From contig JBHGNT010000004.1 of assembly GCA_043228905.1 (NCBI GenBank), positions 22,878,001 to 22,942,000 on the forward strand: a stretch of 64,000 nt of DNA, read 5' to 3'. The stretch comes from Azolla caroliniana. Taxonomy: Eukaryota > Plantae > Polypodiophyta. This document shows positions 11,709-23,247 of the stretch, in pieces. The translations under genes and the position numbers were made by a program. The notes below the pieces were generated by a model, which saw only the letters and a program-made list of their open reading frames with translations, had not been told where the DNA came from and did not search any database. Numbering within the stretch: the first letter of the stretch is position 1; every line of letters starts with the position of its first letter.

Positions 11709-13686
11709 TGTCGCGAAGTTTTGCGCACATGTGTTACTTGGGCGGGACCACGGGGGTCTTGGACTAGGGAGTACTCAAGGGATAGAGAAGACCCGAGGTT
11801 TGCTTTACGACAATACTACTTCCTGACCCCTTCCCGAGCAAGGTCTCGTTGCCCTTTTTTATGTGAGGCCGGTAGCTCTCGTTGATCACGACTCGTCGAC
11901 CTTCCGAGATCACCGCACGAGCCAAGTGACCAAACGGGTACAAGCAAGATGAATAGAGGCCGGGAGTGGATTCGAAGTGCAAGGCACTTTCCCACGGGCG
12001 TGCCATGTGTTGGCCGGTCAGAAGAGCAAGGACAAGTGGGAAGGCGGAATCGGATCGGATAATAGGAAGAAAATAATAGTAGAATTATTATTCGGAGGGA
12101 TGGATCCGGTACAGTTGTACCGATCCGGATCCGGACCGATTCGGATGTCGGTTGCCTAAGCGCACCGATTGTAACCTTGCCGGATGCCTATAAAAGGATC
12201 CGATGATTTGTAAAGGGTTGGGACGGAAGTAATACAATAGTAATTATTGCGTGTTTATCTGTATCTCGTATTGTTTACCGTCTGTGCTTAATTGTAATCA
12301 TCTTACACGTGTAACCTAGCATCCAATCCTTACCACCCCTTTGGAGAAGTGTCGGATAGACACCTGTGTTGAGGCTAGTCCGGCCAGACAGACAACAACA
12401 AACACGAATGTCCGTACGTCTTTATGAGGAGGAGAGGTGCATGGGCACGCCCGAACGCTCCCTCGTCACAAGACGTCGAACGTACGAGGAAGACACAAAA
12501 CACATGCACAAATGCTTGTACGCCTTTATGAGGAGGAGAGGTGCATGGGCAAGCCCGAACGCTCCCTCGTCATGAGACGGACGAACATACAAGGAAGACA
12601 CAAACACACGCACAAAATGCTCGTACGCCTTTATGAGGAGGAGAGGTGCATGGGCAAGCCCGAAACGGTCCCTCGTCACGAGACGGTCGAACGTATAAGG
12701 AAGACACAAACACATGCACAAAATGCTCGTACGTCTTTATGAGGAGGAGAGGTGCATGGGCACGCCCGAAACGCTCCCTCGTCACAAGACGGCCGAACGT
12801 ACAAGGAAGACACAAACACACACACAAATGCTCGTATGCCTTTATGAGGAGGAGAGGTGCATTGGCAAGCCTGAACGGTCCCCTCGTCACAAGACGGCCG
12901 AACGTACAAGGAAGACACAAACACACACAAATGCTCATACGCCTTTATGAGGAGGAGAGGTGCACGGTAAAGCCCGAATGGTCCCCTCGTCACAAGATGG
13001 CCGAACGTACAAGAAAGACACAAACACACGCACAAAATGCTCGTATGCCTTTATGAGGAGGAGAGGTGCATGGGCAAGCCCGAACGGTTCCCTCATCACA
13101 AGACGACCGAACATACAAGGAAGACACGAATAAAGAAAGAAGGAGAAAAAGAAACACGAATGATATCGACCAAAGAGATAAATACGTGTTCGATTCCAAC
13201 GCAAGAGGACCCTTTATAAAATAGGGTTTTGTTTACAATGGCAACTTATAGTTAACCACAAGCTCAATCAAAACATAAATATTAAATGCCCTTAGAGACA
13301 AAAGAAAATCCGAACACGGCAAAGATGAACACACAAGCACCACCAAAATGCCAATCCCAACGAACCACGACCATCCGAACGGCGAGCACACGGGCTCGCA
13401 ACGACAAATGGGGCGGAGCAACGTCGAACCAACGAAGCTTGGGCTCACGAGCACTTCGAGTGCCGACGCAAAGAAGACGAGCACGTGGCGATGGGGGGGT
13501 GAAGGGGTATGAGATGAAGAGAAGTGGTGAATAAGGAGATGAAGAGCTTCAAAGGAAAATTGGTGATAGTCTCCTCCTCCCAAAACGTCCTCCCGAATGA
13601 GCCCCCCTCGACCTCCTTTTATAGGAAAAAAGAAGAAGGGGGGGTCGCCAAATTTGTCTTCAATGAAAAAGGAATAAAATTCCTTA
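11709..13686 (-). mobile_element. Truncated gypsy-type LTR E inserted in C gag; may itself contain a plus-strand LTR-like piece at ~11862-12330
   Basis: Starts TGTCGCG, has the same U5 motif at 11740-11765 and CCTTTTATAGG at ~13615. Fused by deletion to the remnant of the C LTR. Confidence 0.55.
12400..13130. repeat. Tandem array, 7 copies of a ~105 bp unit
   Basis: TTTATGAGGAGGAGAGGTGCA recurs at 12421, 12525, 12630, 12736, 12841, 12944 and 13050. Confidence 0.95.
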
Positions 13687-14765
13687 AAGGTGAGTTCACA
13701 CACTAGACCAAGTTGAGCTTGATTCTCAACACGGTGCCATAAAGGCACCCCATTATCTTACACGCGTATACAAGGGTGCGTGATTACACTGCACCCCGCC
13801 GATATTCCCATTAGCCCTGGTTTTCTCACTATGGTCGCGAATCTTCGGCTTCTATCTCTGTTTCGGCGGATTCCGGGTCGAGTGGAATCGGAATTGAAGT
13901 TTCTCTAGTACGTACTAGGATGCGGACTTGTCGAAAACGACATCTCGACTTACTTGAGCTTTTCGAGTTGAGGGGTTATAACACTTGTACCCTTTTTGCT
14001 CCAAGGAGTATCCTACGAGGATACATTTCTCCAACTTCGGGTCGAGCTTTTGTCACGTCTTGTCGGGGATGTGCACATATGCAATGGAGCTGAATATCGG
14101 AACATGTGTTAGGTTTGGCTTCTTTCTGAAAAACATCTTGTGTGGAGTAAGTTCGTGCACACCCGATGTCGTACACCGATTCATGAGGTATAGGGCCGTG
14201 TTAGCCGCTTCTGCCCAGTACGACTTTGGCAAGTGTTCTCGTTCATCATGGCCTATGTTACTTTTTGGTTGTGCTGATTCTTTCATTCGGCCACTCCGTT
14301 TTGTTGTGGCGTATGTCGACATGAAAACTCTCGCCGAATTCCTTCTTTCCGTAGAAAAGCTGAAAATTCGTCGGAGAAGTACTCCTTGCCTCCATCCGAC
14401 TGAAGACATCGTACATGTTGGCCCGTGGCTTTCTCGACTTCATTCTTAAATTTTTGGAAGTGTCCGAACACTTCGCTCTTTAGCCGCATGGGGTAGATCC
14501 AGGTGTGCTTGGAGAAGTCGTCGATGAAGGCCACGTAGTATTGGGCATCCGCAGAATGTAGTCGTGTGAGCCGGCCCCCATACATCAAAATGAATTACGT
14601 TGGGTATACCTTTGCTCACGTTCCGCCCATTCGGAAATGGCTACTGATGTTGCTTGTCGAATTGGCAAGCGGCACACAAGCCTTCAATCTCTTTCTCCTT
14701 CAATGTCGGGAGCCCAATGACGACTCCTTTCGATTGCATTGCCTTGAGCTTTTGGAGGTTGATAT

Positions 14766-15375
14766 CATAGTATGAACCATAAGTACCATTCGTGCATTCG
14801 TGTTCGAGAATGATTCAATCATTTAAGAATGATAAACACCCTCGAAGAATGATAAATACCATACTTTTACAAATTAAAGCAATTACAAGCTTTTTAGAAT
14901 AATTATAGAAATTATAGAACAAATAAAAGAAAAATTACACAAATCACGAAGAAATGATATAGAAATTTCAAAATTTATAAAGAAATTACAGAAATGATAG
15001 AAATTACAAAGAAATTACAGAAATTACGAAAATTACAAAGAGATTACAAAAATTACAAAGAGATTTCAGAAATTTCAGAAATTACAAAATATTTACAGAA
15101 ATTATTGAAAAAGTACAGAAATTTCTATACTACATAAGACATACTACATAGTACATACTATGACCTAAAGTTTAAACAACTTTAAACCCTATTATTAACC
15201 CTAAATATACCTGAATCTCGTTGGTATGCAGATCGTTGAAGCAACAGATCGTTCGAGGCTAGGTGGGAGAGGAGAGGAGAGTGTAACATTACGTTTATGT
15301 GCAGAGGAAAAGGGGGAAAAAGACGGAAAAAACAAAAAGAAAGAAAAAAGAAAAAAATGGTTGGTCACCTTCTTT
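14766..15375. other. Foreign AT-rich segment replacing part of A, with a GAAATTACA-type minisatellite (~14905-15125)
   Basis: Abrupt loss of copia homology and a composition shift; imperfect 9-10 bp repeats. Confidence 0.65.
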
Positions 15376-17781
15376 GCCTAATGGGACATTGCCGATGTGT
15401 CGAATCAGATGGGTACTGTCGTCTCCGGTTTCGACATAGCAGGATCGGTCTGGCTCTCGAAGTTCTCAGACCCATTCTTGATGAGACGTCATATGGTTCG
15501 AGACACCGGAGTCGACGAACCATATGTCTTCCAGTCTAGATGCGCTATTGGTAGTAGACCCCGACATTGAATTTGCTCTATGTCTCATCATGAACATTCT
15601 GCCATGATCATCATAGTCGAAGTTGGTAGCGTAATTGGTGAGTTGTCGGCTAGTGGAAGCCAACTCCCACATCTTCTTACGACACTCTTCTTCATGGTGA
15701 CTGATTTTTCCGCAATATCCACATTTAACCGAATTTTGTTGGCTCGGACCGGAATGGAAGCTCCCCCTGTTGGAAATACCGCCATCAAATGTGAAACAAG
15801 ATCAACACTCTTCTTCTATAAGCTCCTATAAGATCGTCAGTAGATACAAGATCATAACATCTATAGCAGCAAAGATAAAGAATACAACTAGTACACCAAA
15901 GAGATAGAGATAGTTTGGCACAACGTAAAGAGTATATTACAACTTATTGCAACAACCACTAACTTGGTTACAAAGTCAGTTTATATACTGACTGACTTAG
16001 GGCAACTGCCCTTCTCACTATTCACATAAATAGCCTAAGCCTAGTGTGTACAAAAGGAGATGGTGTGAATATGTCCATTAGGAGCGTGTATTCAACACTG
16101 CCCCGTAATGGGCACATACATCGGAAATCTGTAGACCGAAATGAATGTACAATACAGATTGATACAAGGTTTACGAATAATCGAGAATTCGTTCAAGTCG
16201 GTGAACTCCGAAGAGCAGAAGGCCGGATTGACCGAGTTCGGTGAGACTGAAGCCGAAGTTCGAACTGTCAAGGTCTATTGTTCGAGAAACGTCCTGAGTG
16301 TTCAATTTAATCAGACTGGTTCTTCATTACACCCATTCGATGCCGAAGGGGTCAAAATTGATCCGCCGAAAGACACCTTGTTAATGCGTCCGCGACATTA
16401 TCGGTTATCGATATTTTCTCTAGACCGATTTTCCCTGTAATGACGCAGTCCCAAACGAAATGATATCGAACATTGATATGCTTGGAGGCATTGTGATGAA
16501 CTGGATTGTTCCACAGAGCAACAACACGCTGACTGTCACTTTAAACAATTGGAGCTGAGCCGATTTCGGCTTGTCGAAACGTACATGCTAGCCGACCGAG
16601 CCATAAGGCCTCTTTCGCCGCATCGAATGCGGCTACGTATTCGGCCTCGGCCGTTGATGTGGTGGTGCCCTCTTGAAGTTTCAATTTCCATGAGATCGCT
16701 CCATTGCCGAGTTTAAAACAATATCCGGTTGTCGATCTACAGTTGTCTATGCAACCTGCAAAGTCCGCGTCGGTGTATCCGACTACGCTTGAGATGTCGT
16801 TCGTGATGAACAGAATACCAAGGTCTTTTGTGCCCACTAGATATCTAAACACATGCTTGACTGTGTTCCAATGCGATCGGCCGGGATTATGCATAAATCT
16901 GTTGACGACTCCAACGATGTCAACAATGTCAGGCCCTGTCGCGACGATTGCGTACATTAGGGAGACAACTACCGGTGCATACAATACCGACTTCATAATT
17001 TCCCCCTCCGAACCGGATGTTGGGAAGTTTCGCTGAGATAGCCGGGGTAGAGGTAGATTTCGCCGATTGCATATTGAAGCGTTCGAGGACACGTTGTCAT
17101 GAAGAAAACCGTCCCCAGGCGCAAACCGTGTATAGTGTGTGTGAACCGGCCCTTTCACGTGGGCATGTCCCTTGTTGTACGGTGGATGGGTAGGCACAAA
17201 AGTTAAATCCTAGGTAGCAATATTCTGTAAGGGAAATCGAGGAGTATCTCTGTTCGAAAGACAGAGAGTTAATGTGATGTAAACAGGTGAGACGGCCTCC
17301 CTCCTTGAGCTATAAAAGAGAGGGAGACGGGGAGAGAAGGGTATCGCGCGCTAGAGGGAACGAAGTGCTGTCGGACTGGGACCGAGCTCTTCTTCTCTGT
17401 CGTTCTCCATAGCCTTCTTTGCGCAGGCTCTCGGGAGGCTGATTCTGTCCCGTGGAACGCCCGTGTGCTTCTGGCAGAATCTCCATCTCGCTCTTCTGTT
17501 TGCGTGAGTGAACAGGCTTCGGTGTTCGCCTTGCTGTCCTGTTAGTTGTAACCGTCTCGATATTTATACTTATATTAATATACATACATGTTCATATACT
17601 TGGACTTCTGGTCGTCTCGTTTTGTTGTGTTGTTGGACTGTGATTCCTATGTGCTCCCGTGTGAGTGCGTGTGTAAGAGGGTCCGTTGCCTTTCCGCTCT
17701 CCTCCTTCTCCTCTACTTCTTAGTCCAAGACCCCCGTGGTCCCGCCCTTCTCCACGCACGCGCGTAGCAACGCGACATATT

Positions 17782-17799
17782 TGGTGAACCCGACGTGAA
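17782..17799 (+). other. PBS of F, complementary to the tRNA-Trp 3' end
   Basis: TGGTGAACCCGACGTGAA is the reverse complement of ...TTCACGTCGGGTTCACCA, my recollection of plant cytosolic tRNA-Trp. Confidence 0.85.
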
Positions 17800-17820
17800 C
17801 AGGCGGCAGAGGAGTAGAAG

Positions 17821-19784
17821 ATGAGGGGGTTGGACCTTGCAGAAGCCATGGCTTCGGCTGTAGACTATATAGTGAGTGCGCGCGAAGGCACTGGCGCCCT
17901 TGATAGGGCTATCGAGGCGGTTGTCGGTACGATCGGCCGGTTTAGTGGAAAGGATGCCACGAGCTACTTGGCGTCCTGCCGGATTGAGATGGTAATGAGG
18001 GACATTCCGGAAGAGAGGCGTCTAGCCGGATTCCCTCGAGTGGGGATGCCGGGTATCCATACGGAGGTGCTCGAGGTACGGGCCGAGAGCCGGACCTAGG
18101 AGGAGTTCGAAGGTCGGCTCCTCAAAAGATACGGGTTTGAAGATGCGCTTCGACTTTCGAAGCGGGACTTCATGGAGTGGGTGGAGACCCCCGACAAAGG
18201 AAGGAACGCGTCAGTGCTCCTTCGGGAGTTTGAGGAACGCTTCATGCGCCTCTCAGTGCTTGACCGGACCGTTCTGGACACAAGCCGTGTCCTATTGTTT
18301 GTTAAGTCGGTTGACGAGCGGGATCGGGAGCAGGTAGGCGTCCTATTGGAGACTGATGACGGGCTGACAGCCGACTGGGCTGTAGTGAAAAGGGTCTGTG
18401 GCCGTTTCGACAAACGGCGGGAATGGGCTGACAAAGGATCGATAGGGCAGGCTCTGTCGCAGCAAGGAAGCTCGAGCCAACATCACCAACGCGAAGGGAA
18501 GAGACCCGAGATTGCCTCGAGACCGGGTCGGCTTCAATCAACATGGTCAAGGGCTCGTCCGGGGGAGCAACTTTGGAGGAGCTGACGCGGATGGTAAAGG
18601 ATCTCCAGATCGCCCAGGCACGAAGGGATGGTGGCGAACAGGCCCGTGACCGACGACCTCTGGCTGAAAACAGGTGCATGTGGTGTGACGCGGTTGGGCA
18701 CATCCGGAAGGACTGCGGGGACTTCGTCGAGGCGATGAGAAGCAACGTGGTGTACCTGTGGAACGGTCGGGTGCACGCCAGTGAGACCCGAAGGGCCCAG
18801 AACTTGAACGTTGGGCGAGGGGGTATGAAAAGGCTGATGGAGGAGGCGGCGGCTCGTCACGCGGAGACCGTCCACTACTCGGCGTCAGCTGGTATTCGGG
18901 TCGGAGGTGGCGAGGCCCCGAAGACGAACAAAGCCGGGTTCTGGCCGACGATGCTGGAAGGCCTCGACGGCGCGCGGCTGAGGAAAGAAGAGGTGGACCG
19001 CGCGGAAAAACGGGTCTGGGAGGTAACTGGGTGGAGTGACCCGGTGGAAGAAAAGACGGGCTTCGTCGAAGCCGCTTGTCAAAACTACGAGGCTTTGGTA
19101 GAGGACAAGCGGGTAGGGAAAACCGGAGGGGCCGGGCCCTCGCAGCGATATGAAACTCGATTCGGGCAAAGGCGGAATGAGGCCGGTGTACTCGGCGCCC
19201 AGGATAATCCCAAGAAGGGCGGGTACCGGTTGGGCACAGAAATCGAAAGATCCACGGACCTGCGAAAGGTCCTGGAAGAACGAATCCTCGACAACAAGGT
19301 GGAACTGTCGCTGAGGGAAGTGCTTGGGATCGCCAAGAAGGAGTTCCACGACTCCATCGTAGACTTGGTGAAGAGGAAGAGGCTGTCGACGGAGACATAA
19401 CCGGAGAGGCCGGTGGAGGTGCGGACGAAGCACATAGAGGACATGGCGCTGGAAGACAAGTTGGCGGAGAGCCACTATTCGAGGCCGCACTAGGCCAGAG
19501 CGACCACAGAGACCCCCGTGATGATCGGAGATGTTCATGAACCAGTGGTGGCGTTGGTGGACCACGGTTCAGAAATCAATTTGATGTCCATGGACTTCTA
19601 TAAGAAGGGAAAATGGCCGTACATCATGGCAACACGAATGGAGACCAAGGTGCTGGACAATGGCTCGGCCTATGCGAGGGTCAAGAGCCAGGATGGGCGC
19701 CACTCGGTTCAGTTCCTGACGGGGAGGCCGAACCATGAGCGGAACCGTGAGACCCTCGGGGGCGAAAGCCGAGAGGATTTTTAG
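17821..19784 (+). pseudogene. F gag-protease
   Basis: CMWCDAVGHIRKDC knuckle and ALVDHGSEINLM protease motif; in-frame stops, a frameshift and an internal protease deletion; ends ...EDF*. Confidence 0.88.
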
Positions 19785-19840
19785 AGAGGGCTATCAAGGC
19801 GTGGGGCCGCGATAGTCCGGACACTCTGGGAAAACCCCAC
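19775..19840 (+). promoter_or_regulatory. Predicted -1 ribosomal frameshift signal (F)
   Basis: GGATTTT heptamer, 6 nt spacer, stem GGGCTATC/GATAGTCC, second stem GTGGGG/CCCCAC; the -1 frame is open into RT. Confidence 0.8.
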
Positions 19841-22800
19841 AAATGTACGATAGCGGAGAAAGCTTGTACTATAAGTAGGAAATTTTGGTTCTCCGACAAC
19901 GGAGGGTGTACGATAGTTGATGTTGTTGGACGGAAGAAAAAAAGGGCGGAGGAACGACTTCGGGCATGTGGCGTACTCGGCCTTGGAGAGGAAATCAACG
20001 GAGCCGTGGAGGCGGTCTCTTTCGACGATACCTTGGGGGAGCTGCGAGAGGTAGTCGGAGGAGTCCTTAAAGAGGACCAAACGATTCCGGTATGTTCGGA
20101 AAAGATGTACGAAGTCATCGCGGACTTCAGTAGAGGGCTCAAGTTGGATCGGACGGCCCGGGTGGACACGAGGTACAAGACTGTGGACCGGAAGGTGAGG
20201 CCAGTCGCGGCTCCCTTGCCGGAGGGCAGCGAGTTGCGAATAAAGGGGGTTGTGTGTGACCCGAGTTTACGAAATCCGGCCCGAATAGGACACACGTTCA
20301 CCGACATAACGCTACGGGAGCTCAAGGTCGGTGGGGGCGGCTTCCTACTGCCGGCGGAGGAGGACCGGTTTCGGAGAATGCTGGGAAGGCACGGGAAGGC
20401 TTTCACATTCTCACCAGGGGAGATCGGGTGCATAGACCCGATAGTCGTGGAACCGATGGTGATATTCACAGTACCGCATGTGCCGTGGAGTCTCAAACCG
20501 ATTCTAGTACCCAGAGCTCACATCCCGAAGCTGATGGAGCTGTTAAAGCAGAAGGTCGAAATGGGAATCCTCGAACCGTCGAGTGGCCCATACTCGAATC
20601 GGTGGTTTACCGTGCCGAAGAAGGACGGCACGCTGCGCTTTATCTAAGACATGCAGCCGGTCAACAAGGTGACCATTCGAAACGCAGGAATCGGACCGAC
20701 AATAGACGAGTTTGCGGAGGCCTTCGCCGGAAGGTTGATTTACTCGGTCGGTGATCTCTACTCGGGATACGATCAGTTTCAGCTTGCCGTAGAGAGCAGA
20801 GACATCACAACAATGCGAACTCCTCTCGGCCTAGTATGGATGTGTACCCTGCCGCAAGGAGGGACGAACTCGGTGGCTCACATGGTGAACGCAATGAACA
20901 AAGTGCTGAGGGATTGTATCCCGGACATCACCATGCCGTTTTTGGACAACGTCCCGATCAAGGGATGCCCGGTAGAGGAAAGGGACGAGACGATCGGACT
21001 GGACGGATGCCGGAAATTCGTGGCGACGCACATCGATGACTGCGATAAGGTGCTGCAGAGGTTGGAGGGAGCGAGGCTCACCTTCTCCGGGGGAAAGTCG
21101 GCCTTCGGGCAATCAGAGATCATGGTCGTCAGACACCTATGCGGGCCGTACGGCCGGAAACCGTCTCTGGCTAAGGTAGAAGCCATCTCCGCGATGAAGA
21201 ACGACTGTAGCTCGGTCACGGAGGTTCGGAGGTTCTTGGGAGCGTGCGGGTTCTACCATATATGGATCCCGCATTACGCTCACGTCGCGGAGCATACGAG
21301 TTGCTGAAAAAGGGGCGAAAATTCGAGTGGAGAGACGAGCATATGGAGTCTGTCCGGAAGATGAAGGGAGCACTTGCCGTGGCTCCGACGCTCCGAAAGG
21401 CTGTCTACAGACAGAGCACTCCAATTTACGTAACGGTAGACACGAGTCCGACCGGGATCGGATGGGTCGTCAACCAAGAGGACGAGGACGACATGCGTTT
21501 CCCGATCCGGTTCGGCGCGAAGGTCCTCAGCGCGAAGGTTAAACGTGAGCTCTGGGGTATCGTTTCAGCGGTAAAGGCCGATAAAGACAACCTGATCGGG
21601 GCAGAGGTAATTATCGAGACGGATTGCCTGCCAATTCTTGGCATGGTTTCCAGATGCGCGACGCCGGACCTGGCAATGCTCAGGTGGATAGCGTACATCA
21701 AGTCCTTGAATCCGGAAATACGACACATTTCCGGGAAAGACAATGCCATGGCTGACATGCTTTCAAGGGCGAGGTTCGAAAACGAGGGCGGCATGGTTTC
21801 GGAGGATGAGGAAGTCGGCGTGGACTTCTTCAAGGCGGCTCACGTAACAACCAGCAGGGAATGCACTCCAACGCTTAACGATTTCGACGAGAGCAAGTAC
21901 GACGGGGAGTGGCTGTAGATCGGCGGGTTCCTGAAGACAATGACACCAGACGCGGCATGGACAACGGACGAGGCCAACCGGATTCGGAAGAAAGCCTATC
22001 GATTCTTTCTCCGGGACAGATACATATGGAAGCACCCAAAGAAGAGGAACGACATCCCGCTCCGAGTGGTGGCGAAGAAGGATGATCAAGAGGATTTGCT
22101 GGCGGCGTACCACGATAGCCCGTGGGCCGGACACCGTGGAACGTGGGCCACGTTCGAAAAGCTAAAGGGGAAGTACTGGTGGCCGGGACTATACCGGGAC
22201 GTGCATTGGTTCGTGACGACTTGTGAAAGCTGTCAGGTGCACTCCATGATCCGACATCGGGACGAGCTTCACCCGACCTACCCTCCGACCGTCCACTTCA
22301 AGTGGATGGTGGATTTGGTGACGATGCCAATGGGGGTAGGACAGATGCGGTATCTGGTGCTGGTTCGGGAAGATCTAACGAACCAGGTTGAAGGCCGAGC
22401 CCTACAGAACAAGACGACGGCAGCCGTGTGCCGGTTTTTGATTGAGGATGTAGTATGCCGATACGGGTGCATAGGGAAGATCGTGGCTGACCGTGGTGAG
22501 TTGGACGCAGAAGAGGCCGAAGAGCTGTTCGACCGGCTAGGAGTCAAACTTTCGCTCACCACAGCGTACAATCCGGAGGCGAACGGGAAGGTGGAGCGCG
22601 GACATGGGCCAATTGTCAAAGCGTTAGTACGGGCGTGCGGAGGCCGAGTCGGGGACAGGCCACGGCTGCTACCTTATGCCTTGTGGGTGGACCAGACTAC
22701 GCACAGTTCGGTAACCGGGTTCATGCCGGCCGAGCTGATGTTCGGATAGAAGCCGATCATGCCAACAGAGCGAACGATCTCCTGGTGGGCCATGGTGGAC

Positions 22801-23247
22801 TGGAGGGATGAGATGAGCCGGGAGGAACTGTTGGCGGCGTGGATTCGACAGCTCGAGCGGAGGCCGGAGGACGTAGAGCGGGCCATGGAGAAACTTCGGG
22901 TAGCGAGGATAAGGAACAAAGCCCGGTTCGACCGAACACACCGGCTCCGGCCAGGGAAGATCGAGGAAGGCGACTGGGTGCTAGTCTACGACAGCAACCT
23001 CGACAATCAGCACAAGGCCACACGGAAGTTTGCGAGGAGGTGGTTCGGGCCTTACGTAGTAACAGGCGCCAACAACAATGGGACGTACCATCTCGTGGAG
23101 CTCGACGGTACGAGAATGGCGATACGGGTAGCGGGGAAGAGGATGAAAATGTTCAAGAAGCGACACGATGGTGAGCCGGAGCAAGGGGGCATGGACAACG
23201 ACGACGAGCAGCCCGAGGCAGAGGATGAACCGGTAGACGGGGAATAA
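19781..23247 (+). pseudogene. F pol (RT-RNase H-integrase)
   Basis: DLYSGYDQF, LPQGGTNS, FLDN (catalytic D mutated), VDTS, ADMLSR, H...GH...CESC, NGKVER, FGPY; several stops. Confidence 0.92.

Larger units (their letters stand above)
6924..13731 (-). mobile_element. Degenerate Ty1/copia element C (same family as A and K)
   Basis: 3' LTR at 6924-7316 (TGTAAAG...TCTCAACA). Broken RH, RT, INT, PR and gag ORFs at 7546-11666. Only ~45 bp of the 5' LTR survive (13687-13731). Confidence 0.85.
6018..13830 (-). mobile_element. Gypsy-type solo LTR D (6018-6923 plus ~13732-13830), split by copia C
   Basis: Starts TGTCGC and carries the GGCGGGACCA..GGGGTCTTGGACTA U5 motif shared with the F LTR. CCTTTTATA TATA region at ~6832; GGTTTTCT terminus at ~13820 as in the F and G LTRs. 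TSD is not clean. Confidence 0.6.

Noticed and set aside
11862-12334. Separate plus-strand solo LTR
   Set aside because: It has a TG start and TATAAAAG at ~12189, but I found no matching TSD or clear end, so it is not called separately.
12625-12675. Hammerhead ribozyme (TTTATGAG...CGAAAC.GTC)
   Set aside because: Essential core C3 and G5 of CUGAUGA are absent, GAAA is present in only two units, and the stems do not fit the core.
12400-13130. CRISPR-like array
   Set aside because: The whole unit is repeated with no unique spacers, there are no cas genes, and the context is a eukaryotic retroelement.
17782-17799. tRNA gene
   Set aside because: Only the 18 nt complement of a tRNA 3' end (PBS); no cloverleaf.
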